Shown: one piece after another, positions 1-12,528 of the stretch | Layout of the letters: the number at the start of each line of letters is the position of its first letter | Position numbering within the stretch: the first letter of the stretch is position 1 | Assembly (NCBI GenBank): GCA_964016885.1 | Contig: OZ024740.1 | Span: 269,328,001 to 269,392,000, forward strand | Direction of reading: 5' to 3' | From: Eledone cirrhosa | Taxonomy: Eukaryota | DNA length: 64,000 nucleotides | Notes under the pieces: generated by a model | The model's input: the letters and a program-made list of their open reading frames with translations, nothing else | What the model was told of the DNA's origin: nothing | Databases searched by the model: none | Made by a program: the position numbers and the translations under genes

Positions 1-405
1 GTTTTTGGTGGTGGTGGTGCATCTTTCTGTGCTGACACTGGCGTTGGCAACAAAGGAGGTTTGCGAGCCCCTGTATTTTTGAGCTGAGCAAGATCACTTT
101 TTATCACCTCATCCCAGGTTTTTCTTGATCTACCCACTCCATAGCTTCCATCAAGGCTTGCAGATGCGTTCCTTCCCCGCAGACGAAGCAGTGCGGCCTT
201 CTTCCCTCAGTGATTAATTGGATTGTTGTCCCGTCAAGCAGGCGGGCAAAATCTGGGATGTTGTTGATGTCCTCTGGTTTCATTTGGAGAAGAATCTCCA
301 AATCCATTCCGGACCAGTCTTCTCTCTCTGTCCTTTTGATATCTAGGAGGGTAGTATCTGTCCCCTCCTCGATTACGCAATTACGCATCCCAGGAGCCAC
401 CATAT
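1..405 (-). mobile_element. Gag-like/ORF1 fragment of a non-LTR retrotransposon (CCHC-type zinc knuckle)
   Basis: ORF 104..565(-) contains ITEGRRPHCFVCGEGTHLQA (Cx2Cx4H knuckle, last C lost). Its N-terminal polyS/P comes from the microsatellite. Runs off the window edge. Confidence 0.55.
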
Positions 406-409
406 GTTC

Positions 410-518
410 ATAATAATAAGAAGAAGAAGAAGGAGAAGGAGGAGGAGGAGGAGGAGGAGGAGGAGGAGGAGGAGGAGAAGAAGAAGAAGAAGAAGAAGAA
501 GAAGAAGAAGAAGAAGAA
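410..518. repeat. Compound (TAA)(GAA)(GGA)(GAA) trinucleotide microsatellite
   Basis: Directly visible. Confidence 0.95.
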
Positions 519-1064
519 TGGGAAAAGCAAGATAAAATGTACAAAATACATTGATAGAATTTCATGTTCCTGCCATCCTCACTATTCTTGTAGAATATTC
601 CGTTGTTTTTATGAGTCAGAATATTCTATTTCCTATTGTTTATCTTTCAAAATGGTATTGTGCAACACCAACAGATGAACCCATTGTTTACTATTCAATA
701 TCCTGATGCGAAAGAAGACAGAAAAGAATTTCTAAAATATTACATAAATTATTCTTTAAATTAGCTATAAATATCTGCATAATAAAGATACATTTTATCC
801 TCACAAAAGCTATTTCCATTATATTTCTGTTTTTAATTCCCTTGTTACATGTATGTGCATGCAGGCGTGTATATATGTATATATCTCTCTCCCGTTCTCA
901 CTCACTCTCTTTCTTATAATATATACATATATATATATATATATAGATAGATAGATACATATATACATAGATAAATAGATAGAAAGATACATATATAAAT
1001 ATATATATATAATAAATATATACACTTAAATATATATATAAACATGTCCACACAGTAAAGTTAT

Positions 1065-1317
1065 CATGTAGGTGTCACGACAAAAAACATCCAGCCCACA
1101 CTGTAAAGTGGACGCATTAAAGAAAAGGCAAAAAGCACCCAGCACACACTGTCAATGTGGTTGGCGTTAAGAAGGGCTTCCAGCCATAGAAAACCAGACA
1201 GAAACAGTCCTATATGAACAAGACACGGTCAACTGACTCAACTTGCCTCTCAGTGGGACAAACCTGTCTAACCCATGCTAGCATGGAAGATAGACGTTAA
1301 TCGATGATGATGATGAT
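1065..1317 (+). mobile_element. Short RTE-LINE 3'-end / SINE tail copy ending in (GAT)n
   Basis: Matches the 3' UTR at 52850-53097 (aatgtggttgg..ttaggaagggc..aacccatgctagc..gacgttaa..gatgatgat). Similar copies at about 1395-1443, 3960-4028, 14590-14785, 16100-16337, 32390-32527, 53970-54252 (+) and 25040-25250, 40275-40560, 46900-47058, 60610-60880, 61965-62215 (-). Confidence 0.85.
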
Positions 1318-1551
1318 ATATATATATATACATACATACATACATACATATAATTATATATATATATGCATATAAACATATATATATATACCGCCTAATC
1401 CATGCTAGCGTGGAAAATGGACGTTAAACGAAGATGATGATGATACATATAAACATATATATATTTATATACATACATATAATTATATATATATATATAC
1501 ATGCATATATTTATGTATATATAAATACACACATACACATATATGTATATA

Positions 1552-1616
<65 letters not shown>

Positions 1617-1797
1617 ATCTCGCTCGCTTTACGTGATTTACTTGTCCCAATAGCTTTATTTAACTATTGCTCGCACCAACTGGAGGCATATGATTTTTAA
1701 AGCGATGAAATACCAATGAAGGTTGGAAAATCACTGATGAAGGACTATTTTTTTCATATGTAACCCATGTGCAACCACGCAGCACTCAATTCTTCTC

Positions 1798-1828
<31 letters not shown>

Positions 1829-1989
1829 GTTATTTTATAATAATTAACTCCGTACTCGCACCACCAACTACGCAATGTGTGAGTTGCATTACATTGAGTG
1901 CTCTCCATAATATTACATCGAGACGGAATGACCAGTTCTATCCAGTGGTGAACCAACAAACCTAAATAAAATATATATATATATACATA

Positions 1990-2033
<44 letters not shown>

Positions 2034-2229
2034 GGATACTATTTATGGTTATGTATATATTAAAACTTTTTATAGTTATGTATATTTTAAACCCTAAACA
2101 GTGAAGGTCAGTAATTTATTACTACCTTATTACCAGTAAGATAAATAGCTCAATGTAATAACATCAGTTGTTCTACAGAGTGGTTATATAGAATTCACAA
2201 GAATTAAAGCTATGTTCAAAGCATTAATT

Positions 2230-2276
2230 CACTTACAATTGTTTCATCCAAACCTAGGCTTGGAGTCTTCGGAGCA
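2230..2276 (-). ncRNA. Type-I hammerhead ribozyme-like motif (CCGAAGA core variant)
   Basis: Minus strand reads tgct CCGAAGA ctccaagc-ctag-gtttggat GAAA caattg TA agtg. Palindromic stem III. Confidence 0.6.
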
Positions 2277-2733
2277 TTTTTCAATGTTTGTACACATAAT
2301 TGACCTCCTTTCCAACGCAAGAGACATACAGATACATATATATATATATTGATATACTATTTTTGTACAGCAATTCAAATTCAAAATTAAAATCAAAATC
2401 AAAATTAAAGTACATTCGGCAGATAACACAGATAATGCAAGAAGATAGTTTGATAGTCAGATCTAGTAGGTAGTGTATGCGTTAGTTACACACTTGCATG
2501 CTCCATGTGTAACTAACGCATACACTACCTACTAGATCTGACTATCAAACTATCTTCTTGCATTATCTGTGTTATCTGCCGAATGTACTTTAATTTTGAT
2601 TTTGATTTTAATTTAGATTTTGATTTTGAATTTGAATTGCTCTACAAAAATAGTATATCAATATATATATATATGTATCTGTATGTCTCTTGCGTTGGAA
2701 AGGAGGTCAATTATGTGTACAAACATTGAAAAA

Positions 2734-2780
2734 TGCTCCGAAGACTTCAAGCCTAGGTTTGGATGAAACAATTGTAAGAG
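2734..2780 (+). ncRNA. Type-I hammerhead ribozyme-like motif (CCGAAGA core variant)
   Basis: tgct CCGAAGA cttcaagc-ctag-gtttggat GAAA caattg TA agag. Stem I weakened. Confidence 0.55.
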
Positions 2781-2814
2781 AATAAATGCTTTGAACATAG
2801 CTTTGATTCTTGTG

Positions 2815-2862
<48 letters not shown>

Positions 2863-2869
2863 AATATAT

Positions 2870-3190
2870 TGGAAAATGTGTGAGACCCTTGGTACAGTTA
2901 GGTATATTTGAAAAAAAGGAAAAGAATGACTTCACTTGTAGTGTTAACACATTTTATGATTTAATGTTATAATATAATATCATAAGTTGGTAGATCCAGT
3001 AAGTTCTTTGTTAACTTCAGTGGGAAGAATTTTAGAGGTTCCTGGTTAACTTGGGTTGGAGAACTTTCTCCCATTCATCTGTCTGTGGTGATTGTCAAAC
3101 TTAGATCAGGTTGTGTTGAAATGCTTGACTATATATAAGAGAGATTTGGGTGTGTCTAGGGTGTGGCGTGTGATGTTAATGAGTGTTGAT
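2870..3190 (-). mobile_element. Degenerate Penelope-like element fragment
   Basis: Minus-strand translation HHTPHPRHTQISLIYSQAFQHNLI* resembles the PLE thumb motif (S.HP.H.K.SI.YSQ.LR..RI). 2905-2995 recurs inverted at about 7200-7298. Confidence 0.5.
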
Positions 3191-3797
3191 GATGATGATG
3201 ATGAAGGTCCTGAGGAATTAAAGTATACATACACACACAATGTACACAGACACACATACACACACACACATATATATATAGACTCAGAAAATGGGGAGAT
3301 TGTAGATAAGGGTGTTGCAGAAGGTATTCATAAACCTACTCTCCTGCTGGTTTTATTTCATTAGCTGACCTTTGATGAGTTTATAATGGCATAGCTGAAT
3401 CAACTCTTCTCTTCCACATCCATAAAGAATATCTTCTACAGATTTCTATATCAAAAATGAATTTAGGTGCTTGTCTGGGTTTTAATGAGGTGTAAGATAC
3501 ATGTCTTTTGATAAGAATGGGATGACAGGAAAAAGAGAAAAGAAGGATAGTTTGGGAATATTTGTCAAAAATGTGTTGATATCAGTCTGGGAGGGGAAGT
3601 GTGGGGGGACATACACATATACACACACACACATACACACATATATATATATATACACATATATACACACATATACGTACACATACCTACACATATATAC
3701 ACATACGCATACATATATACACACACATTTTATATATATTTTTTATACACATACATACACATACCACATATATATATATATATATACTACATATATG

Positions 3798-3834
<37 letters not shown>

Positions 3835-4196
3835 CACACATATATATATATATACACACACCAAACACATATATGCATATTATACAAACACACGCATATA
3901 TATATATTTATATATATATATATGCGTGTGTTTGTATAATATGCATATATGTGCTGAATAAGACCCGTCCCACCCTTGCAAGCAGGGAAAAGCGGACGTA
4001 AAATGATGATGATGATGAATGATGATGATATATATATATAGACACACAAACACACGTACGCACATATATGCCTATATATACATACACATACATATATATA
4101 TCTTATACATACATACACATACACACTAAACATACGTATATATTATACTATACATATCCTGTACATACACATATATATATACACACATATATATAT

Positions 4197-4338
4197 ATAA
4201 CAAAGGAATTGTGGTAAGGAACCAGATGGACCATAACGCACCAGAGTACTCAATACTTAGGGTAGTAGAGTGGGAAATAGTCCAGAAATAGCTGTCGAAA
4301 CGGCTTGAGCTCTGCCGTCGGGGTCATACTTTTTCCTA
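4197..4338 (-). mobile_element. Short half-hammerhead element, copy 1 (one hairpin arm deleted)
   Basis: Reverse complement matches 45885-46075 and 15232-15400. Flanked by (TA)n. Confidence 0.75.
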
Positions 4339-4487
4339 TATATATATATATATATATATATCATATATATATATATATATATATCACATACATACCAATA
4401 TATATTTTCTACATACACACACACATACACATATATATATATATCAAAATGAAAATCCGAAGGCAAGGTAAAATTCCAATCATTTAA

Positions 4488-4561
4488 TCACGACACATGT
4501 TTCAATAAGAGATAGATCGATTTTGAAGCCATGATCGATTATCACTGATCTCATCAGGTGA
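4488..4561 (-). ncRNA. Type-I hammerhead ribozyme
   Basis: Inverted copy of 5101-5174. Confidence 0.7.
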
Positions 4562-5100
4562 AAATGAATTGTCTTCAAATTCTTGACATGAGGGAGAAAA
4601 ATAACGATGTTCTCTCACAGAATTCCTTCCCTCATGTGAACCAACTTTCCGTGAATGCTGTGTTGGTACATTCTTATATTTGTTTTCTTGTATTTGTTTT
4701 TTTCTCTGACATCGCTTCCGTGTGTGTGTGTGTGTGAGAGAGTGTGTGTGTACCCACCCACTAACTGTGACCTTCTATAATTCTACAGGTTTGATACTGT
4801 GTTGATGTGTATATATATACATGTATATATTTATTTCTTTGACCTCCAGCCGGTGTATATGGGTGTGGAGTGTGTGTGTACCCACTCACATTAACTTGTG
4901 ACCAACTGTATCCCTACAGATTTGATTGATGTCCAGCGTCTTTTGCAGTAATAGAAATCTCACAACTTTTATGACCTCAACTGAAGTTAATATCAGTCAC
5001 TATCTCTCTGACTGGTGTGCCTTCATATGAGGGAAGGAATTCTGTGAGAGAACATCGTTATTTTTCACCCTCATGTCAAGAATTTGAAGACAATTCATTT

Positions 5101-5174
5101 TCACCTGATGAGATCAGTGATAATCGATCATGGCTACAAAATCGATCTATCTCTTATTGAAACATGTGTCGTGA
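5101..5174 (+). ncRNA. Type-I hammerhead ribozyme
   Basis: tcac CTGATGA [long stem II gat..gata-atcgat..atcgat-c-tatc..att] GAAA catgtg TC gtga. Stem I is tcac/gtga; cleavage triplet GUC. Confidence 0.75.
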
Positions 5175-5307
5175 TTAAATGATTGGAATTTTACCTTGCC
5201 TTCGGATTGGAGATATACAAAAGTGTGGAGAACTTAATATTGGTAACATAAATTTATTGGACCGTTTTACACATCCAATAAATGCACCTTACTATATAAC
5301 AACTATA

Positions 5308-5339
<32 letters not shown>

Positions 5340-5341
<2 letters not shown>

Positions 5342-5389
5342 TATGTATGTATACGTACATACATATATGTATACAGACGTACAGTAGCA

Positions 5390-5435
<46 letters not shown>

Positions 5436-5863
5436 CAGGTACACATACATATATGCACGCATCAGTTTAGCGGACGCTTATTATAACGCCGCTTTGTTCG
5501 TTTGTCAACAAACTGAACAGCCCGAATTTATGCCATACGGTGTTAAGGCAACCACGTCACCTTTTTGTTCAACACTGACACAGGAACGATGTACTAGTTT
5601 CAAGCTTGTTAGCTATCATCAGCACCGTTTACCCATCTGCCAGATAGTTGAACGTTCGAAAGTATATACTTTCCTTATGAAAATTAACGGCTGAGCAGCC
5701 TAATTTGCATATTGAGTGAGTTAAATCGGTCAGGCATACCGAAAACGATAAGTTGAAAAAAATGAAAACGAAATTTCATTTCTCACTCTTAGTATGGCAC
5801 TTACTTAAATGTAAGTATGTATGTATACGTACATACATATATGTATACAGACGTACAGTAGCA

Positions 5864-5947
<84 letters not shown>

Positions 5948-6220
5948 TACAGATACACATACATATATGCACGCATCAGTTTAGCGGACGCTTATTATAA
6001 CGCCGCTTTGTTCGTTTGTCAACAAACTGAACAGCCCGAATTTATGCCATACGGTGTTAAGGCGACCACGTCACCTTTTTTTTTTTTTTTTAATATATAT
6101 GCATGCTAATGTACGTCTGTATACATATATGTATGTACGTATACATACATACTTACATTTAAGTAAGTGCCATATTAAGAGTGAGAAATGAAATTTCGTT
6201 TTCATTTTTTTTTCAACTTA
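5340..6220 (-). mobile_element. PLE pseudo-LTR-like unit with partial tandem copy and inverted terminal copy
   Basis: 5340-5565 is repeated directly at about 5815-6080. 6100-6220 is the reverse complement of about 5748-5868. Contains the HHR at 5585-5629. The same end sequence recurs at 47245-47305. Confidence 0.7.
5585..5629 (-). ncRNA. Minimal type-I hammerhead ribozyme
   Basis: Minus strand reads aacggtg CTGATGA t-agct-aaca-agct-t GAAA ctag TA catcgtt. 7-bp stem I, palindromic mini stem III. Confidence 0.85.
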
Positions 6221-6310
6221 TATATATATATACATCCTATAAATACATATACATATATTTCAAACAGATATATACATACATATACACACACATATATTTT
6301 ATTCTACATA

Positions 6311-6355
<45 letters not shown>

Positions 6356-6586
6356 TATATATATACCATATACACACTCCATATATATATTTTTTTTTTT
6401 ACACATATACCATACATACATGTTATATACACACCATATATATCCCACACATATATCATATACATCCTATATATACACTATACATATTCTACATAAATAT
6501 TGTATATATCTCCCACATATATACACACATATATATATAAGGGTGAAAGCAGCGATTCTTTGCTAAAACTTTAATCTGTTATTTTA

Positions 6587-6639
<53 letters not shown>

Positions 6640-7135
6640 ATATACACACATATATATTTTATACATACATACATACACACATACATATACACACATACAT
6701 ATATACATACACACACACGCACATACATATACACATATACATATATATATTCTCCACACATTTTATTTACACATATATATATACACACATATATATTTTC
6801 CATATAAACACATTTTATACCTCCTATATATATTTTTTTTTTCACATATACAAATATATATACTACATATATATATACACATAAATATATTATACACATA
6901 TCCACACATACATATATACACACAAATATACATATACATATACATACATATCTATCTCACACATATGCACGTGCATACATACATACATAAATATACACAC
7001 ACACATATGCACACATACACATAAACATGTACACACATATCTACAGGTACATATATTAAAAAACAGGTACATATATAAAACAGGTACATATATAAAAAAA
7101 CACATCTATACATACATATATCTATACACACATCC
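6220..7135. repeat. (TA)n/(CA)n compound microsatellite field
   Basis: Directly visible. Source of spurious Y/I/H/T-rich ORFs. Confidence 0.95.
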
Positions 7136-7314
7136 ACTCAAGTCTTTAAGTTCATATATACATTAATGAAATGTTATTGTACCTCTGAGGGTTTTACTGC
7201 ATCTACCAACTCATAATATTATAATATATTATAACATTAAATCATAAAATTGTTTAACACTACAAGTGAAGTCATTCTTTTCCTTTTTTTCAAATATATA
7301 AATATATATATATA

Positions 7315-8025
7315 CATCATCAACATCGTTTAACGTCCATCTTCCACGCTAGCATGGGTTGGACAGTTTTGTCCCACTTGAGGTAAGATTGGTCGGGAGA
7401 CAGTTTCTCGCTCGTACAAAACTGTTTCTGGCAGGTTTTCTATGGCTGGATGCCCTTCCCAACACCAATCATATTTACAGTGTGGACTGGGAGCCTTTTT
7501 ACCGTGTCTCCTACATGACCACTATACAGTGGACAGAAGTGGGAGGATGGAGTAGTGGGGTGGGTGTATATTGGGTTAAGAGGTGCCTACTGACTGTAGG
7601 TTTAAGTTTGAATGCAAAGGAAAGCGGGTCTTCTGTATAACTGCATAGTCCCAACGATCTTGATCCAGTGAGATTGTCTTGGGGAGGTGTAAGTTAGCAA
7701 GGTCAGTTTTTATCACCTCTTCCCAGGTTTTTCTTGGTCTACCCACTCTATAGCTTCCATCAATTTTGATCGCTCTGCACTGTTTTATATAGCTGTTGTC
7801 CTTCATATGCATCACATGTCCATACCAACACAATCTCCTCTCCTGCACACATTTGATACCTGTTATGCTGAGTCTCTCTTTCAATTGGTTTATACTTTGC
7901 CGTTCATGGAGCATGCCAGCATTGTTTCTTTCTAATCTACGCAAGTCTTCTGCACTCAATTCCCAGGTCTCACTACCATGTAATAATGTCATTCGTATAC
8001 AAGCATCATACAATCTGCCTTTCAA
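7315..8025 (-). mobile_element. 5'-truncated RTE LINE (older subfamily)
   Basis: ORF 7576..8025 (KGRLYDACIR..LHGSETW..GRPRKTW) plus 3' UTR and (GAT)n tail. Confidence 0.9.
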
Positions 8026-8094
8026 TTTTAGTATACATTAAAAGATCTAGCAAACAATTTCTGCTTTCACCCTAAGAGGGTCATTCGAAACTAA

Positions 8095-8430
8095 GAAAAT
8101 AGTACAACCTGTCCTTTAACAGAGCTGTGTCCACACTAGTTGCTAGAATCTTCACATTATTAAAGAAGCACTTCCCCATACAACACAAGTACTACACAAT
8201 CTTCAATAGGAATATAATCAGGCTCTCTTACTCTATCACACCCAAATTAGCCAAGAACATAGCCAACGTAAATATATTCTAAATGAACAAGCCCTTAACT
8301 TCCGGAACCCACAGCAACAAGGAGGTATTGAGCAGTTGCCCAAACAGTGACATGTGCCCACTTCACACTAAATTCTTGGTGAATGACATCATATACAAAT
8401 GTAATGTAGTTACACATAATACAAAAAAAA
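8095..8430 (+). mobile_element. Degenerate Penelope-like element ORF fragment (linker to GIY-YIG start)
   Basis: Translates as YNLSFNRAVST..LLKKHFPIQHKYYTIFNRNIIRLSYS and SSCPNSDMCPL..DIIYKC, homologous to the PLE ORF at 22898-23955. Confidence 0.7.
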
Positions 8431-8755
8431 AAATCAATTCAGCAGTATATTACTTGACTAAGTATCCACCCTCCTCTTTGGATCCCCCATTACAAACAAT
8501 TTTACAGTGTTGATGATCATGACTGGAATCATAATGATAATTATTACCACTCTGCTATTACCACAATTATAATTATTTTTATGATCATCATGATGATTAC
8601 CATCTTTATCGTTAATTTCACCATTACTGAAGAATCACGATTTTTATCATTATAATTACGATAACAACCACCTTAATTTAATTTTTACAATTATTATCAC
8701 AAGAGAATCAGTACTGAAACTTCTGTCACTATTAATCTTCTCACCATATTATATA

Positions 8756-8790
<35 letters not shown>

Positions 8791-9284
8791 TTATGTATAT
8801 ATTATATTACATTATATTATCACTGTTATCACTTTCCTAGGAAATATGATCATTTTGGCTATTATTTAACCTAACACATAAGCAAACAGATACACACAAA
8901 CGCATATACATACATATATATATACACATAAATACTTATGCACACACACAGATAGACACATATACACACACATAATAAACACACCACACATACATATATA
9001 TATATATATATATGTGTGTGAGTGAGTCTATGTACTTATGCAATGGTAAAAAGAATATACACCTGTGGATTGAATCATTGGTACTGTAGTAAATTATCCT
9101 TTCCTTATTTCCACATCTTCACATACATACACACAGCCACATATACAGATAACCACACTATCGTCTATCTTACTATCTATCTACCTATATATCTACATAT
9201 CGATCTATCAACCTATCTATCTACCTGCCAACCTACCTGTCTATCTACCTCTCTCTCACTCACACAAATATATCTATTCTAGAG

Positions 9285-9412
9285 AGTGTGTCCGTCAGAT
9301 GTATTATTGCATTTCAAGAATTACGAAGAATTTGCAAGTTACTTCATCCGGGGAGGATTAATAATAGCTTCACTAACCTCGGAGGACGATTTGTGTGCAG
9401 TATGTATGTGTC
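9285..9412 (+). repeat. About 125-bp direct repeat, copy 1 (copy 2 at about 10503-10630), flanking the 27-bp array; possible Helitron 5' region
   Basis: gtgtc.gt.agatgtattattgcatttca.gaattacgaagaatttgcaagttacttca..gggaggattaataat.gcttcactaac..gacgatttgtgtg occurs in both copies. Confidence 0.8.
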
Positions 9413-9433
9413 TATATATATATAAATATATAT

Positions 9434-10466
9434 CTTCGCGCATGCACAGTATGGACCGGCATTCGCGCATGCGCAGTACGGACGGGCCTTCACACATGCC
9501 CACTTTGGACCAGCCTTCGCACATGCGCACTTTGGATGAGCTTTCGTGCATGCGCACTTTGGACCAGACTTTGTGCATGCGCAGTACGGACCACCCTTTG
9601 TGCATATGCAGTATGGATCAGCTTTCGTGCATGTGCACTTCAGACCAGACTTCATGCATGTGCACTTCAGATCAGACTTTGTGCATGCACAGTATGGACC
9701 AGCCTTCACACATGCGCAGTACAGACCAGCCTTCGTGAATGTGCAGCCTGGACCGGCCTTTGCGCAATGCACACTTAGGACCAACCTTCGTGCATGTGCA
9801 GTACGGACCAGCCTTCGCGCATGTGCAGTACAGACCAGCCTTCGCGCATGCGCAGTACAGACCAGCCTTCATGCATGCACAGTACGAACCAGCATTTGAG
9901 CATGCACAGTCCGGACTGGCCTTTGCGCATGCGCAGTCCGGACCGGCCTTTGTGCATGCGCACTTAGGACCAACCTTCGCCCATGCACAATATAGACCAA
10001 CCTTCACGCATGCGCACTTCGGACCAGCCATCGCGCATGCACAAAGGCTGGTTCGAAGTGTGTGTGCGCGATGGCTGGTCCGAAGTGCGCATGCGTGAAG
10101 GTTGGTCTATATTGTGCATGCACGAAGGTTGGTCCTAAGTGCGCATGCGCAAAGGCCGGTCCGGACTGCGCATGCGCAAAGGCCAGTCCGGACTGTGCAT
10201 GCTCAAAGGCTGGTTCGTACTGTGCATGCATGAAGGCTGGTCTGTACTGCGCATGCGCGAAGGCTGGTCCGTACTGCACATGCACGAAGGTTGGTCCTAA
10301 GTGCGCATTGCACAAAGGCCGGTCCAGGCTGCACACACACTTCGGACCAGCCTTTGCGCATGCGCACTTCGGACCAGCCTTCGCACATGCACACTCCGGA
10401 CCCGACTTCGCGCATGTGCACTTCGGACCCGACTTCGCGCATGCGCACTTTGGACCAGACTTCGCC
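9434..10466. repeat. GC-rich 27-bp minisatellite (about 38 units; ggaccagccttcgcgcatgcgcactt[c/t]) with an internal inverted block
   Basis: Units are directly visible. Orientation flips at about 10040 and back at about 10335. Confidence 0.92.
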
Positions 10467-11217
10467 TATATATATGTCTATGTATGAATAGATATATTTG
10501 TGTGTGTGTCTGTTAGATGTATTATTGCATTTCATGAATTACGAAGAATTTGCAAGTTACTTCACCCCGGGAGGATTAATAATCGCTTCACTAACTCCGG
10601 AAGACGATTTGTGTGTGGTGTTGTATGTATGTGTGTGTGTATATATATAAATAAATATATATGTGTGTGTGTGTATATATGTATATATATATATATATGT
10701 GTGTGTCTGCATCAGACACACATTTATATGCTATTACATTTATATATATCTAATCAATGGGCATACAACAGTGCTTAATCTAAATTATAATAGGGTAAGA
10801 AGCGTGGGACTGCGTACGGTTAAGAATCTTTTATCCCCTTAGTAAAATAAGTTGGATTACTTTGAATAAATAATGAATTAATATTACATAATTTATCTAC
10901 TAAATTTCCTGGCTGTTCATTAAATATATTTTATTACTTATTTAAAGATTCACTTCTTTAACATTTTCAAATGTCAACACTTCCGGTTAGTGATCGTTTA
11001 AATAAATATTCATATATTTCTGTCACTAATCTTCTCCTAATGCAGTTTATATATAATATCGTCTTCTTGTAATGTATCATGGATTACGTTACTGATTACA
11101 TAAGACAGTGTAACACAGTCTCTCTTCAATTTCTGTGTGTATTGTCAATTACGATTTTATTTGATAATATCTAAATGGATATATACTTGCGTATAATATC
11201 AATATACACACTACACA

Positions 11218-12029
11218 AACTAGAAGAAAACCACCCGAAGGGTGGTTTTTCTGCTAGTTATATTAAGTTATATAGTTTAGATTAGTTTTAAAAAAAAAGA
11301 GTTAATAAATATATAAAATGTTATACTTGTTTTACCCTCCCATTTCCAATTAAACCGAATGCTATCATGACTGTATGTGTGTGTTTGTGTAAATGTATAT
11401 GTGTGAATGTATGTATGTTTGTGTGAATGTATGTGTATTTGTGTGAATTATGTCCCTGAGTGTGTATTTTTATAAGTTTGTGTTCGCTTCATAATAGTTA
11501 TACACTCATACATATATGTATGCATGTGCACACTCATACTCGGCAGTGTGTACAAAATCATTATCTCTCTATCGTTCTCATCACACACTCTCTCTTTCTA
11601 TATATATGGTAGTTGAAGTGGTGGTGGTGGCGACCATATACCGGAAGTGCAACTTTGAAAAGAAGTCAATTTTAGATTATTTATGTTTACGAAACTTATT
11701 TTCCTGAAACGCTGCCTAAAAAACGATGTCATCCCCAACACCATCAGGAACATCCGCTTACCAGTAAGCCTACGTACACCAGCTTTCCAAAACAGCACTA
11801 ACCGCATACATCGCACGTGTATTAAACAGATCCTGAGACATCTCAACCGCCAATTACACGTCCATAAGCGGACACATCGACTGCCAATAGCACCCGGGGA
11901 CTTGCTCCTGAAAATCACTAAAGCAATCGACCAGTGCTACCACTCCAGAATCCAATAACAGAAAAAACGCCTCAAGCGAAAATATGAGTGGATCTTGTCG
12001 AAACGCCACAACAGGAACATCGACACTAA

Positions 12030-12074
<45 letters not shown>

Positions 12075-12528
12075 TAACAGATTAAAGTTTAAGCAAAGAA
12101 TCGATGCTTTCAACCTTAACAGGATCTTTTGAAACTAAAAAAAATCAATCTGTGAACGCAGAAGTAAATATTTCGAAAAACGTTACACACTATATATATA
12201 TATATATACACGCGCACTATATATACATATATACACACACAGCGTCATAATGTCGTAATGCAGACAGCCAGACATACAGACAGATATTACAAGGGGGAAA
12301 CGTTATATCTATGTATCTATCTAAAAAGAAAGACTAAGAGAGAGAGAGAGAGATGGCTTTTTCGCCTAATGCGGTCCCTAGGGCATTGAAAATTCGAAAT
12401 AATTTTTGCTCAAAACACTCACAGGATCATAAGTATTACATGTGTAAATTTGAAAACAATCAGTTGGGTGGTTCTCGAGTTTTGGGGAGTCAGACAGACA
12501 GACACATTCTCTGTTTTAGATATATAGA
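11218..12528 (-). mobile_element. Putative non-autonomous Helitron
   Basis: Minus-strand 5' end TCTATATATCTAAAACAGAGAATGTGTCTGTCTGTCTG at 12528; 3' GC-rich hairpin ending in CTAG-T at 11218-11259. Continuity between the two ends is inferred. Confidence 0.55.
11670..12030 (+). mobile_element. Penelope-like element N-terminal ORF fragment
   Basis: ORF 11683..11958 LIFLKRCLKNDVIPNTIR matches the PLE N-terminal FL..C....vIP motif. Confidence 0.5.

Larger units (their letters stand above)
2192..2818. mobile_element. Snap-back palindrome (about 300-bp arms, 13-nt loop) made of a PLE-type pseudo-LTR
   Basis: 2192-2492 is the reverse complement of 2506-2818, with few mismatches and one about 12-nt indel. 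Homologous to the unfolded copy at 18815-19150. Each arm carries an HHR motif. Confidence 0.85.
4454..5208. mobile_element. PLE-type element with about 187-bp inverted repeats, each carrying an HHR
   Basis: 4454-4640 is the reverse complement of 5022-5208, around a spacer of about 380 bp. Inserted in (TA)n. Confidence 0.85.

Noticed and set aside
1728-1790. CTGATGA as a possible hammerhead
   Set aside because: No downstream GAAA or stem II/stem I pairing.
9286-10535. Cys/His-rich ORFs on both strands; CRISPR-like appearance
   Set aside because: A 27-bp tandem repeat (multiple of 3) with no unique spacers and no cas genes, in a eukaryotic context.
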